NCBI GenBank assembly: GCA_017541995.1
Contig: JAFXYD010000070.1
Span: 508-64,507, forward strand
Source: Oscillospiraceae bacterium
GTDB lineage: Bacteria; Bacillota; Clostridia; Oscillospirales; Oscillospiraceae
Reading direction: 5' to 3'
DNA length: 64,000 bases
Shown piece by piece: positions 18,294-27,767 of this stretch (its first letter is position 1; every line of letters begins with the position of its first letter). The translations under genes and the position numbers were made by a program. A model generated the notes under the pieces. That model saw only the letters and a program-made list of their open reading frames with translations. It did no database searches and was not told the origin of the DNA.

Positions 18294-19076
18294 ATGATCC
18301 AAGTAAAGAAAATCCAGATCCCGGCCCTGCCCACGGAGCAGCCCCGGCGGCTCTACGTCTATCTGCCCCGGGACTACGCCCGCAGCGGGCGGCGCTACCC
18401 GGTGCTCTATATGTTCGACGGCCACAACGTCTTCTACGACAGCCACGCCACCTACGGCAAGAGCTGGGGCATGAAGGAGTTTCTGACCAAAACCCGGCTG
18501 CCCCTGCTGGTGGTGGCCGTGGAGTGCAGCCACGAGGGGAACCGGCGGCTGAACGAGTACGCCCCCTGGGACTTTCAATGCGATTGGGGCTCCTTCGAGG
18601 GCCTGGGCAGGCTCACCCTGGACTGGATGACCCAGACGCTGAAGCCCCGGATCGACCGGGAATACCGGACCCTGCCGGACCGGGAGCACACCCTGATCGC
18701 GGGCAGCTCCATGGGGGGCCTGATGACCCTCTACGCCATGACGGCCTACAACGGGGTTTTCTCCCGGGGCGCGGCCCTGTCCCCCAGCCTCTGGGCGGGA
18801 GGCGCGCATTTGCCCGCGCTGATCCGCCAGACCTGCCTGGCGGCCCCCACCCGGATCTGGATGGATCTGGGCAGCGGGGAGCTGCCGCCGGAGGAGCATC
18901 CGGAGCTGGCCGCCCTGTTTGAGACGGCGGCGGCCCTCACCGCCTCCGGAGCCGAGGTCTCGGCCATGACCGTGCCCGGGGCCCTCCACAACGAGGCGGC
19001 CTGGGAGAGGCGCATCCCCTGGTTTATGGACTATCTGCGCTCCGATCCGGAGGGCGCCGAAGCGGCGAGCCGCTGA
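18294..19076 (+). CDS. alpha/beta hydrolase, putative esterase family
   Basis: YPVLYMFDGHNVF and nucleophile elbow AGSSMGG. AGGAGG RBS. Confidence 0.7.
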   Translation: MIQVKKIQIPALPTEQPRRLYVYLPRDYARSGRRYPVLYMFDGHNVFYDSHATYGKSWGMKEFLTKTRLPLLVVAVECSHEGNRRLNEYAPWDFQCDWGSFEGLGRLTLDWMTQTLKPRIDREYRTLPDREHTLIAGSSMGGLMTLYAMTAYNGVFSRGAALSPSLWAGGAHLPALIRQTCLAAPTRIWMDLGSGELPPEEHPELAALFETAAALTASGAEVSAMTVPGALHNEAAWERRIPWFMDYLRSDPEGAEAASR

Positions 19077-19103
19077 TTCTGACGGGAAAACGAGGCTTTG
19101 AGC

Positions 19104-21011
19104 ATGAAACAGGAAAACAAGGCCGCGCGCTGGATCCGCCGGGTGCTGACCGCCTGGCTGGCCGCGGCGGCATTGGAATACTGCCTGCTTCCGCGCGCGC
19201 TGCGGGAGCTGGAGGGCCTGGCGGGGCTGCGGGCTATGTCCCTGCTCCGGCTGGGCCTGGTGACGGCGGCTCTGACGGCCCTGCTGACCGGGGCAGGGCT
19301 GCTGCTGCCCAAGGACAGGGAGGCGGCTCCCGGCCGCTTTTTGGAGCCGGGCCTGCTGCGGCGCGTCTGGCTGCCCCTGGCCTTCGGGGCCTGCGCGGTC
19401 CCGGCGCTGCTGAGCAGCTGCACCCCGGCGCTGCTGGGGGGCTGCCTGCTGCTGTTTTTGCTGCTGGCAGTCTATGCCCTGCGGGGCTGGGACGGGAGCC
19501 CTGAGGCGGGGCCCCTGCCGGAAAAGCCGAGGGCGCTCTGGGGCTGGCTGAGCTTTGGGGCGGCCCTGCTCTTCTTTGTCTGGGTCAGCCTCTGGTCCGT
19601 GGCCCGGCTGCGGGTGCTGGCGGTGCCCAGCTACGATTTCGGCATCTTCTCCCAGATGTTCAACGCCATGCTGCGCACGGGCCTGCCCGTTACCACCCTG
19701 GAGCGGGGCTTCCCCCTTTCCCACTTCGCGGTGCACGTTTCCCCCATCTATTATCTGATGCTGCCGGTCTACGCCCTGTTTCCCCGGCCCGAGACCCTGC
19801 AAATCCTCCAGGCGGCGGTGATGGCCTCCGCGGCCCTGCCCCTGTGGAAGCTGGGGGGCCTCCACGGTCTCACGGGGCCCCGGCGCTTCCTGCTGTGCCT
19901 GCTTCTGCTGCTGGCTCCGGCCTTCGCCGGGGGCGCGGCCTTCGACCTGCATGAAAACTGCTTCCTCACCCCCCTGCTGCTGTGGCTGCTCTGGTCCCTG
20001 GACCGGGAAAAGCCCGGCGTGAGCCTTCTGACGGCCCTGCTGACCCTGGCTGTGAAGGAGGACGCGGCGGTGTACGTGGGGGTCGTCGGCCTCTGGGCCG
20101 GTCTGCGGGCCCTGCTGCGCCCCGAGCGGCGGCAGCTCTGGACGGGTCTGGTGCTGCTGGGCGCCGCCCTGGCCTGGTTCGGCGGCGTGACCTGGTATCT
20201 GCGCCGGGCCGGGCAGGGGGTCATGGTGGAGCGCTACGCCAACCTGCTCTATGACGACACGGGCTCTCTGCTCTCTGTGGTGAAGGCCCTGCTGCTGATG
20301 CCCATGAAGGCCCTGTGGGAGTGCCTGGCGGAGGAAAAGCTGCCCTATCTGGCCCTGAGCCTGGGGCCTCTGCTGGGGCTGCCCCTCTGGACCCGGCGCT
20401 ATGAGCGCCTGGTGCTGCTGATCCCCTGGCTGCTGGTGAACCTGCTGACGGGGTATCTCTATCAGTATGACGTTCACTACCAGTACAGCTTCGGCTCCCT
20501 GGCCTGCCTGCTCTATCTGACCTGCTGCAATCTGGAGCCCCGCTCCAGGCTGCGGCCCATCCCCAGGCCGGGGCGCCGGGGGCTCCGGCCCGCGAAGCTG
20601 ATCCCCGTGGCGCTGCTGCTGGCGGCGGCCCTCAGCGGCTGGCTCTCCCTGCGGGAGAACGGCCGCCTGAGCCTGCGCTACCTCCGGCGCATGCTCCGGC
20701 CCGATCCCGCGGTGACGGCGGCCCGGCAGCTTCTGGCGGAGATCCCCCGGGAGGCCTCCGTGACGGCCACCACCTTCTATACCACCCCCCTGTCGGACCG
20801 GGAGCTGCTCTATGACGTGGATTACGTGGAGACGGAGCGGCTGCTGGCCTCGGACTACGTGATCCTCTCCCCCACGGATCGGGCCTGGGCCTACGAGAGC
20901 AGCCCCGAGGCCCGGGACGGCCGGGCCAATCTGGAGGCCCTGCTGCGGCAGAATGGCTTCCGGCTGCTGGAGGACTGCGAGCCCGTCAGCGTGTGGAAAA
21001 AGTCCGGCTGA
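19104..21011 (+). CDS. DUF2079 domain-containing polytopic membrane protein
   Basis: YDFGIFSQMFNAMLRTGLP ... SHFAVHVSPIYYL signature and many TM helices. Start at ATG 19104 or TTG 19098. Confidence 0.65.
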   Translation: MKQENKAARWIRRVLTAWLAAAALEYCLLPRALRELEGLAGLRAMSLLRLGLVTAALTALLTGAGLLLPKDREAAPGRFLEPGLLRRVWLPLAFGACAVPALLSSCTPALLGGCLLLFLLLAVYALRGWDGSPEAGPLPEKPRALWGWLSFGAALLFFVWVSLWSVARLRVLAVPSYDFGIFSQMFNAMLRTGLPVTTLERGFPLSHFAVHVSPIYYLMLPVYALFPRPETLQILQAAVMASAALPLWKLGGLHGLTGPRRFLLCLLLLLAPAFAGGAAFDLHENCFLTPLLLWLLWSLDREKPGVSLLTALLTLAVKEDAAVYVGVVGLWAGLRALLRPERRQLWTGLVLLGAALAWFGGVTWYLRRAGQGVMVERYANLLYDDTGSLLSVVKALLLMPMKALWECLAEEKLPYLALSLGPLLGLPLWTRRYERLVLLIPWLLVNLLTGYLYQYDVHYQYSFGSLACLLYLTCCNLEPRSRLRPIPRPGRRGLRPAKLIPVALLLAAALSGWLSLRENGRLSLRYLRRMLRPDPAVTAARQLLAEIPREASVTATTFYTTPLSDRELLYDVDYVETERLLASDYVILSPTDRAWAYESSPEARDGRANLEALLRQNGFRLLEDCEPVSVWKKSG

Positions 21012-21042
21012 ATCGGAAAAAAACAAGGCAAAATGCACGAAA

Positions 21043-21088
21043 AAGCAAGCAAATCCGGCTCCGAATGCCGGTTTTGCTTGCTTTTTTC
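21043..21088 (+). terminator. rho-independent terminator
   Basis: AGCAAGCAAA..CCGGC-loop-GCCGG..TTTGCTTGCT followed by TTTTTT. Confidence 0.8.
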
Positions 21089-21152
21089 TGATTTGTATGA
21101 TATGGTAAACTGAATGATTTTGGACAAAGACCGACGGAAGGGAGGAAGGACG

Positions 21153-22988
21153 ATGCGAAAGCTGCTGCGGCTCAGCCTGCTGCTGGGGCTGCTTGTGCTG
21201 TTGGCGCTGCCCGCCGCGGCGGAGAGCGCCACCGCCGTGACGGCGCTGCGGACCGAATGCGCGGTGGAGACCGACGGGGCCTGCACCGTGCAGCTGTCGG
21301 CGGACATTGAATTTGCCCCCGGCACCGAGGAATTTGTCATCCCCGTCTCCTCCTCCGCCCGGGAGATCAGCTGCTCCATGCCCTATACCGTCCGCGGCGG
21401 CGAGGGCTGCACGCTGCTGCTGCTCTCCAACCCGCCCTCCGGCCAGCATAGCGTCACCGTCTCCTACCGGCTGGCGGAGACCGTTACCGACGACGGCAGC
21501 ACCCAGCTTTTTTCCGTGCGCCTGCTCTATCCGGCCTGGACCTGTCCCATCGAGGCCTACCAGGTGGAGGTCCGGCTTCCCGGCGCCTTTGAGGGCATGC
21601 CCGTCTTTGAATCGGGCTATTACGCCGATCTGATCGAGAACTACATGGACATCGAGATCGCGGAGGGGCAGATCAAGGCCGTTTTGAACCCCAAGCAGAT
21701 CCTCCGGGACCATGAGGCCATGGATATGAGCCTGGAGCTGCCCGAGGGCTTCTTTGATCTGCGCTTCCTGGCGGGGAAGACCGTGAAGGTGGACCGGCTG
21801 CTGTTTTTGGGCCTGCTGGCCCTGGCGGCCCTCTACTGGCTGGCCTTCCTGCGGAATCTGCCCATCCTGCCCAAGCGGCAGGCCATGCCCCCCGAGGGCG
21901 GCAACGCCGGAGAGGTTCCCTACGTGCTGACGGACCGGAAGCCGGATCTGGCCCTGATGGTGCTCCAGTGGGCCAGCCTGGGCTATCTGACCCTGACCCG
22001 CACCCGGAAGGGACGGATCTTCCTGACCCGGCAGATCGACATGGACACCGAGCGCAAGCAGTTCGAGACGGAGATCTTCCAGACCCTGTTCGCCCGGGGA
22101 GACCACTGCGACCTGCGCAGCGCCGAGTTCCTCAAGGCCCGGCGGATGGCGGCGGAGAAGCCCCGCGACTACTGGCGGGAGCGGATCTACGATCCCAAGG
22201 GGGGCGCCCCCTGGATCCTGCGCCTGCTGGCCCTGGGGGCCGGGCTGGTGCTCTGCCTGGCCTGCTTTGACCTCTGGGTGGCCTCCAAGAGCTGGCGCTG
22301 GCTGGCCATTGTGCCTCTGACCCTGCTGTGCGGGGCCGCCTGCTGGGCGGTCCAGCAGCTGGGGGGCTTCCTGTTGCGTCGGCACAGCGTCCGCACGGCA
22401 GTCCTGGCCCTGGCCTCCGCCGTGGCCCTGCTGCTGGTGGGGCGCAAATGCGGCTTCACGGGCCTCATGCTGCTGAATCTGCTGCTCCAGCTGGGGGTGG
22501 GTCTGCTGCTGCGCTGCGGCGGACGCCGCACCGGGGAGGGCACGGAGCTGGCCGCGGAGCTCTTGGGCTACCGCCGCTGGCTGATTTCCGCCTCCCCGGA
22601 GCTGCTGAAGAGCAATCTGGAGACGGATCCCCAGTTCTTCTATCGGATTCTGCCCTTTGCCGAGGCCCTGCGCGCCGGGCGCTTCGTGGTGGGGGCTCTG
22701 GATCGAACCCGGCTGGAGGACTGCGACTGGCTGATCTGGCAGGGCAAGCCCATCAAGACGGCGCCTGCCTTCTACGCCCGCTGCTGCCGCCTGCTGGCGG
22801 GGCTGCGGGGGGAACGGGACCCCGGCCTCAGCCGCATCCCCACCCAGCGCCGGGATAAGCCCGTCTCCACCCGGACGATGATGCCCCAGAGCCGGAGCTC
22901 CGGCCGGGCCGCCCCGAGACAAAATTCTTTCGCCTCCCGCGGGAACAAAAGCCGCCCCGGCGGCGTCGAAAGGAGGAATCGGCCATGA
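21153..22988 (+). CDS. DUF2207 domain-containing membrane protein
   Basis: Signal peptide MRKLLRLSLLLGLLVLLALPAAA, extracellular domain followed by TM segments, RBS GGGAGGAAGG. C-terminal basic tail overlaps the mnmA start. Confidence 0.6.
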   Translation: MRKLLRLSLLLGLLVLLALPAAAESATAVTALRTECAVETDGACTVQLSADIEFAPGTEEFVIPVSSSAREISCSMPYTVRGGEGCTLLLLSNPPSGQHSVTVSYRLAETVTDDGSTQLFSVRLLYPAWTCPIEAYQVEVRLPGAFEGMPVFESGYYADLIENYMDIEIAEGQIKAVLNPKQILRDHEAMDMSLELPEGFFDLRFLAGKTVKVDRLLFLGLLALAALYWLAFLRNLPILPKRQAMPPEGGNAGEVPYVLTDRKPDLALMVLQWASLGYLTLTRTRKGRIFLTRQIDMDTERKQFETEIFQTLFARGDHCDLRSAEFLKARRMAAEKPRDYWRERIYDPKGGAPWILRLLALGAGLVLCLACFDLWVASKSWRWLAIVPLTLLCGAACWAVQQLGGFLLRRHSVRTAVLALASAVALLLVGRKCGFTGLMLLNLLLQLGVGLLLRCGGRRTGEGTELAAELLGYRRWLISASPELLKSNLETDPQFFYRILPFAEALRAGRFVVGALDRTRLEDCDWLIWQGKPIKTAPAFYARCCRLLAGLRGERDPGLSRIPTQRRDKPVSTRTMMPQSRSSGRAAPRQNSFASRGNKSRPGGVERRNRP

Positions 22989-24085
22989 AAGCTCTGATTG
23001 CCATGAGCGGCGGCGTGGATTCCTCCGTTGCCGCCCTGAGGATGCTGGAGGCGGGCTGGGACTGCCTGGGCTGCACCATGAAGCTCTACCAGAATGAGGA
23101 CGCGGGGCTCTCCGCCTCCAGGACCTGCTGCGCCCTGGAGGACGTGGAGGACGCCCGGGGGGCGGCCTGCCGCCTGGGGATTCCCCACTACGTCTTCAAT
23201 TTCACCGAGGACTTCCGCCGGGAGGTCATCGGGCGCTTTGCGGCGGCCTATATGGCGGGCCGTACCCCCAATCCCTGCATCGACTGCAACCGCTTTCTGA
23301 AATTCGGCCGTCTGGATCGCCGGGCCCGGGAGCTGGGCTGCGACGTGCTGGTCACCGGCCACTATGCCCGGATCGTGGAGGAACAGGGCCGCTGGTATCT
23401 GAAAAAGGCCCTGGACGAGACCAAGGACCAGAGCTATTTTCTCTATCGCATGAGCCAGGCGCAGCTGGCCCGGACCCGCTTCCCCCTGGGGGAGCTCACC
23501 AAGCCCGAGGTTCGCGCCATGGCGGAGGCCCGGGGCCTGTTGAACGCCCGCAAGCCGGACAGCCAGGACATCTGCTTTGTCCCCGACGGAGACTACGCCC
23601 GGGTCATCGAGAGCTGCACGGGCATAACCCCGGAGCCCGGCGACTTCCTGGACGAGGCGGGCCGGGTGCTGGGCCGACACAAGGGCATCATCCATTACAC
23701 CGTGGGCCAGCGCCGGGGTCTGGGCCTCGGCCTGGAGCGGCCTTGGTACGTGCTGCGCATCGAGCCGGAGCGCAACGCCGTGATCCTGGGGCCCAAGAGC
23801 GCCCTGTATACCAAAACAGCCTTCACCGAGGGCTTCCACTGGATCTGCGGGACGCCTCCCGCCGGACCCATCCGCTGCGCGGCCAAGATTCGCTATCGCC
23901 ATCCCGAGCAGCCCTGCCTGCTGACGCCCCTGCCCAACGGCGGCGTTCGCCTGGACTTCGATGAAGCCCAGCGGGCCGTCACCCCCGGTCAGTCCGCCGT
24001 GGTCTACGACGGCGATACCGTGCTGGGCGGCGGCGAGCTCAGCAGTCTATCCCATTCCAATCAGGAGGAAATTGAACATGCCTAA
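22985..24085 (+). CDS. mnmA: tRNA 2-thiouridine(34) synthase
   Basis: PP-loop MKALIAMSGGVDSSVAA, CIDCN, typical length. Confidence 0.9.
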   Translation: MKALIAMSGGVDSSVAALRMLEAGWDCLGCTMKLYQNEDAGLSASRTCCALEDVEDARGAACRLGIPHYVFNFTEDFRREVIGRFAAAYMAGRTPNPCIDCNRFLKFGRLDRRARELGCDVLVTGHYARIVEEQGRWYLKKALDETKDQSYFLYRMSQAQLARTRFPLGELTKPEVRAMAEARGLLNARKPDSQDICFVPDGDYARVIESCTGITPEPGDFLDEAGRVLGRHKGIIHYTVGQRRGLGLGLERPWYVLRIEPERNAVILGPKSALYTKTAFTEGFHWICGTPPAGPIRCAAKIRYRHPEQPCLLTPLPNGGVRLDFDEAQRAVTPGQSAVVYDGDTVLGGGELSSLSHSNQEEIEHA

Positions 24086-25556
24086 AACCAATGCAAGCAC
24101 CGGCGGCCGTTTTGCCGCAGGCCACAGCGCCAAGCGCAGACACGCCGGCGCGGGGAAGCAGATTCTGGTCTCCCTGCTGTTGCTGGCGGACCTGTTTATG
24201 GTCTACACCATGATTATGCAGCTGACCCACAGCCAGAAGGCCTTCCAGATCAGCATGGATCCCAGCACCAACCACAGCATCGACCTGGCCCTGCTGGCGG
24301 TATTCGCCCTGGCGGCGGTGGCGCTGATCTACGCCCTGATCCGTACCCGGGCCTGGAAGCGGGCCCTGTGTCTGCTGCTGGTCTTCGCCATCATCTATCT
24401 TGTGGCGGTCTTCTCGGAGATTCCCGTTGTGAAGAAGTACCGGGACATCTGGCTCTCCACCGCCCTGTCCACCATGAAGCACCAGGGCCTGGCCACCTAC
24501 TACTTCCCCGAGTCCATCGTGGAGGAGCGAGTCCGGATCGAAAGGGAGGCCCGGGAAGCCCAGGTGGGCGAAAACACCCCCCAGGGCGGCTTCACCGTGG
24601 AGGCGGACGATCACTCCGCCTGGATGAACCAGGACAGCACCGACCAGTTGCTGAAGCCGGACACCGATCTGGATGTGCTGAGCCCCGAGCAGAGAAGCTT
24701 CTACGAGCTGTTCTATGAGCTGAATTTCGAGAGCACCGAGGCCTACTTCAAGGAGCACCCCGAGGTGCTGGCCAACGGCTACGAGCATGTGCTGGTGGAC
24801 AAATCCGACGTGGGCAACGAGGGCACCTCCATCCGCACCAAGCTGGGGGAGAAGGTCCTGGCCATCGACGCGGAGAATCAGATTCTGATTTTTGAGATGG
24901 ACTGCGACGGCTCCCGGGGCGTTATGGCAGTGGCGAAGCTGCCCTCCCGGCTGAAGCTCTGCCCCGCCGCCAAGCTGCCCTATTACGGGGAAATCGCCGG
25001 CTCCATCGCCGAGCGGAACGGCGGCGTGCTGGCGATGACCGGCAGCGCCTTCGACGATCCCAACGGCGTGGGCAACGGCGGCAAGATCGCCGGCTGGGCC
25101 ATGTGCAGCGGCAAGGAGTACGGCAAGCACTACGGCTGGGGCTACAAGCGCATGGAGCTCCACAACGATGGCTGGTTCTACATCAACGACGCCTTCAATC
25201 CCGTGGGCGAGGGCACCCGGGACTCCATGGAGTTCCAGCCCGCCCTGGTCATCAACGGCAAGAAGCAGGACGTGGGCATCTGGACCAGCCAGAACCCCAG
25301 AGCCTGCATCGGCCAGTCCCGGCGGGGTGAGATTCTGATGCTCTGCGTGGAGGGCCGCTTCCTGGATTCCCCGGGCTGCAGCCTGGAGGTCTGCGCCGAC
25401 GTGCTGCTGCAGCACGACTGCATCACTGCCCTGAACTGCGACGGCGGCACTACCGCCATGCTGTGGTACCGGGGCGCGCCGGTGATGCGCTGCTCCAACA
25501 CCCGCATCCCCAACGGCCGCACCCTGCCCAATGCCTGGGTCTACGTAGGCGACTGA
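24078..25556 (+). CDS. membrane-anchored phosphodiester glycosidase (NAGPA/DUF2233) family protein
   Basis: AGGAGG RBS before ATG 24078, two TM helices, C-terminal ALNCDGGTTAMLWYRG motif typical of the family. Confidence 0.65.
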   Translation: MPKTNASTGGRFAAGHSAKRRHAGAGKQILVSLLLLADLFMVYTMIMQLTHSQKAFQISMDPSTNHSIDLALLAVFALAAVALIYALIRTRAWKRALCLLLVFAIIYLVAVFSEIPVVKKYRDIWLSTALSTMKHQGLATYYFPESIVEERVRIEREAREAQVGENTPQGGFTVEADDHSAWMNQDSTDQLLKPDTDLDVLSPEQRSFYELFYELNFESTEAYFKEHPEVLANGYEHVLVDKSDVGNEGTSIRTKLGEKVLAIDAENQILIFEMDCDGSRGVMAVAKLPSRLKLCPAAKLPYYGEIAGSIAERNGGVLAMTGSAFDDPNGVGNGGKIAGWAMCSGKEYGKHYGWGYKRMELHNDGWFYINDAFNPVGEGTRDSMEFQPALVINGKKQDVGIWTSQNPRACIGQSRRGEILMLCVEGRFLDSPGCSLEVCADVLLQHDCITALNCDGGTTAMLWYRGAPVMRCSNTRIPNGRTLPNAWVYVGD

Positions 25557-25573
25557 TACAAACAGAGATAAGC

Positions 25574-25611
25574 AATCGGAGCGACCCCTGCGGGTCGCTC
25601 CGATTATTTTT
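25574..25611. terminator. bidirectional terminator between convergent genes
   Basis: AATCGGAGCGACCC-CTGC-GGGTCGCTCCGATT followed by ATTTTT. Confidence 0.8.
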
Positions 25612-25616
25612 GTATA

Positions 25617-26531
25617 TCAGTCAAATTCCAGGGTCAGCAGATGGTAATAAAAGTCGGCGCCGGCCAGGGAAACGATGGGGGCGGCCACCACCAGTTCTCC
25701 GTCCGCGTTGGGGTAGACCTGCAGATCCATACTCAGATACAGCTCGTCGTCCACCCGGTCCAGGGCGTCGTAATAGCCGTAGACCTCCCGCTTGTCCGCG
25801 GGGATGCCGCTGTTGGACTCGATGAAGTACTGGCGGAACTGCTGACGGCAGGTCTCCAAAAACTGCTTTTCGGAGATGTGCAGCCGGTCCAGAATGTCCT
25901 TGGTGCTGAGCCAGCGTCCGGTGCTGACCTCGTAGGAGTAGATGCCGTAGCTATCATCGCCCCAGTCGGTGTGGGTGGAGATCACCAGGGTCAGCACGTC
26001 CTCCCAGACCTCCCCGTGGTAGCCCATGGAGATCATGTACAGGGAGAGCTTTTCCGCCATGGCCTGGTGGGCGCTGACCACCTCTCCGCCGTAGATCTCC
26101 TCGATCTCGGCGTTGATGGCCCGGGCGCCCTCTGTGTCGGCCTTGATGCAGGGCAGACCGTAGGAGTAGCTGTAGATATTGCCCAGATCGTCCTCGTAGA
26201 CTCCCTGCTCAAAGCTGAGCTCGTCCATCAGAGACCAGGGATCGATGGGCTCCGTTGGAGCGGGCTCCGATGTGGCTTCCGCGGTGGGAGCGGTGCTGGG
26301 AACGGCGGGGGCTTCCGTGGGGACCCCGGTGTCGGGGACGGCGGGGGCTTCCGTGGCAGGCAGGTCGGTGGGCTCGCTGGTCTCCGGTCGGGCAGTGCTA
26401 AGGGGCGGGGTGGCGACGGCAGTGGAATTGTCGGCGGGCTTTCCGGTTTCGGAAGGCGCGGTGATGGGCTTGGCGCAGCCTGCGCTCAGCAGAAGCACTG
26501 CGCACAGCGCGAGAATAAGCAGCTTTTTCAT
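25617..26531 (-). CDS. hypothetical lipoprotein with Pro/Thr/Glu-rich linker
   Basis: Lipobox LLLSAGCA. Tandem TEAPAVP repeat. C-terminal globular domain of unknown family. Confidence 0.6.
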   Translation of the reverse strand: MKKLLILALCAVLLLSAGCAKPITAPSETGKPADNSTAVATPPLSTARPETSEPTDLPATEAPAVPDTGVPTEAPAVPSTAPTAEATSEPAPTEPIDPWSLMDELSFEQGVYEDDLGNIYSYSYGLPCIKADTEGARAINAEIEEIYGGEVVSAHQAMAEKLSLYMISMGYHGEVWEDVLTLVISTHTDWGDDSYGIYSYEVSTGRWLSTKDILDRLHISEKQFLETCRQQFRQYFIESNSGIPADKREVYGYYDALDRVDDELYLSMDLQVYPNADGELVVAAPIVSLAGADFYYHLLTLEFD

Positions 26532-26579
26532 GAACGTCTCCTCCTTCTTTCTATCTGCGGCAGCGCGTTGCGCTGCGGT

Positions 26580-27041
26580 TTATGGGAGCCTGCGGCTCAG
26601 CTCCACCTGCTCCAGCACCTCCACGGCCAGCAGGGAGAGATCGGCTCCGTCGGTGTCCAGGGTCAGACTGTGGGGGATGTGGTCAAAGCAGCCCCGCTGC
26701 CGCTCCAGCATGGCGGCGATGGAGGGGGAGAGCTCCCCGTCCGGCATCTGCCGGGCGAAGCGGGCCTTGCTGGTCTCCAGCCGGGAGCGGCACATCACCA
26801 CGAAGCTGCCCGGGGGCACCAGGGCGTAGAGATCCGGCTCCGTCAGCAGGAAGATCACGTAGTCCTCGCTGTGCTGCTTCTGGGCCAGCAGCAGCTGGAA
26901 CTTGTCCACGGCCTCGGGCTCCGTGGGAGCCAGGCGCACGTAGTCCCGGCCCGTAAAGAGCTCCGCGTGGATCTTGTCCAGAATGGCCCGGGCCAGGGCG
27001 GATTTGCCGGTGCAGCGCTCTCCGGCAATGACGATGAGCAT
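26580..27041 (-). CDS. small P-loop NTPase/kinase-like protein
   Basis: Walker A MLIVIAGERCTGKS. TGATG overlap with the upstream HD gene. AGGAGG RBS. Confidence 0.55.
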   Translation of the reverse strand: MLIVIAGERCTGKSALARAILDKIHAELFTGRDYVRLAPTEPEAVDKFQLLLAQKQHSEDYVIFLLTEPDLYALVPPGSFVVMCRSRLETSKARFARQMPDGELSPSIAAMLERQRGCFDHIPHSLTLDTDGADLSLLAVEVLEQVELSRRLP

Positions 27042-27616
27042 CAGGGCGCCTCCTTTCGGAATTCTTCGATTTTCGCTTCGGTTTCGGATCGCACCGCGTC
27101 CCGCAGGGCCAGCAGCACCGGGGACCAGGCGGCCTTGTCGTAGCCGTAGTCCAGATTCAGACTGAATTCCCGCTCCGTCCAGGTGGAGAGATCGGATTCA
27201 TTGTGCTGGATCACGGCCTCCAGATTGTCCAGGGCCTTATAGAGCTTCGCCTCCGGGGTTTCGCGGGCGGCCATCTCCCGGTAGAGGGCGGTCATCTCCG
27301 CCCGGAAGGGCTGCGGCAGGCTGTCCACCCAGGCGGAGAGCAGGGCTTCCTCCCAATTCTCGTCGGCCTGGGTCTTGTCAAAGCTGGGAATATCCCCGGT
27401 GAAGGCCTCCCCCAGGTCGTGGATCAGACACATGCGGATCACCTTGTCCAGGTCCAGCTCCGGGAAATCGTCGTGGAGCCAGTAGGCCAGCAGAGCCAGC
27501 CGCCAGCTGTGCTCCGCCACGGATTCATGGCGTCCGCCGGAGGTATAACAGTGCCGGGTGGCGTCCTTCAGCCTCTCGGCGGTGTGCAGGGCGTTGAGCA
27601 GCGCGTGCGCTTCCAT
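27041..27616 (-). CDS. HD domain-containing phosphohydrolase (YfbR-like)
   Basis: HSWRLALLAYWL ... CLIHDLGEAFTGD. AAGGAG is 7 nt before ATG 27616. The listed upstream extension is encoded by the repeat. Confidence 0.7.
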   Translation of the reverse strand: MEAHALLNALHTAERLKDATRHCYTSGGRHESVAEHSWRLALLAYWLHDDFPELDLDKVIRMCLIHDLGEAFTGDIPSFDKTQADENWEEALLSAWVDSLPQPFRAEMTALYREMAARETPEAKLYKALDNLEAVIQHNESDLSTWTEREFSLNLDYGYDKAAWSPVLLALRDAVRSETEAKIEEFRKEAP

Positions 27617-27664
27617 GGCAGTTCTCCTTTCCGGTGGAATATTCGGATTTGGTGAATTCAATTC

Positions 27665-27767
27665 GTAGGGGCCGATGCCCACATCGGCCCTGACACATCA
27701 GGGTACGAAGGGCCGATGTGGGCATCGGCCCCTACGGCGCGCCAAATCCCGATTTGCGGGATTCACC
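27665..27767. repeat. nested palindrome (perfect 26-bp inverted repeat, each arm itself a hairpin) plus CAAATCCCGATTTGC hairpin module
   Basis: GTAGGGGCCGATGCCCACATCGGCCC (27665-27690), 19-nt spacer, GGGCCGATGTGGGCATCGGCCCCTAC (27710-27735). Then GCCAAATCCCGATTTGCGGGATT. Confidence 0.9.

Noticed and set aside
16341-22922. 2193-aa minus-strand ORF, the longest in the track
   Set aside because: Its sequence is low-complexity and rich in Gly, Pro, Gln, Arg and Ala. It runs antisense to four plus-strand genes with clear family motifs (NodB, esterase, DUF2079, DUF2207). This is a typical stop-poor antisense frame of GC-rich DNA.
26303-26357. Direct repeat ACGGCGGGGGCTTCCGTGG x2
   Set aside because: It lies inside the lipoprotein gene and simply encodes the tandem TEAPAVP linker repeat. 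It is not an independent element.
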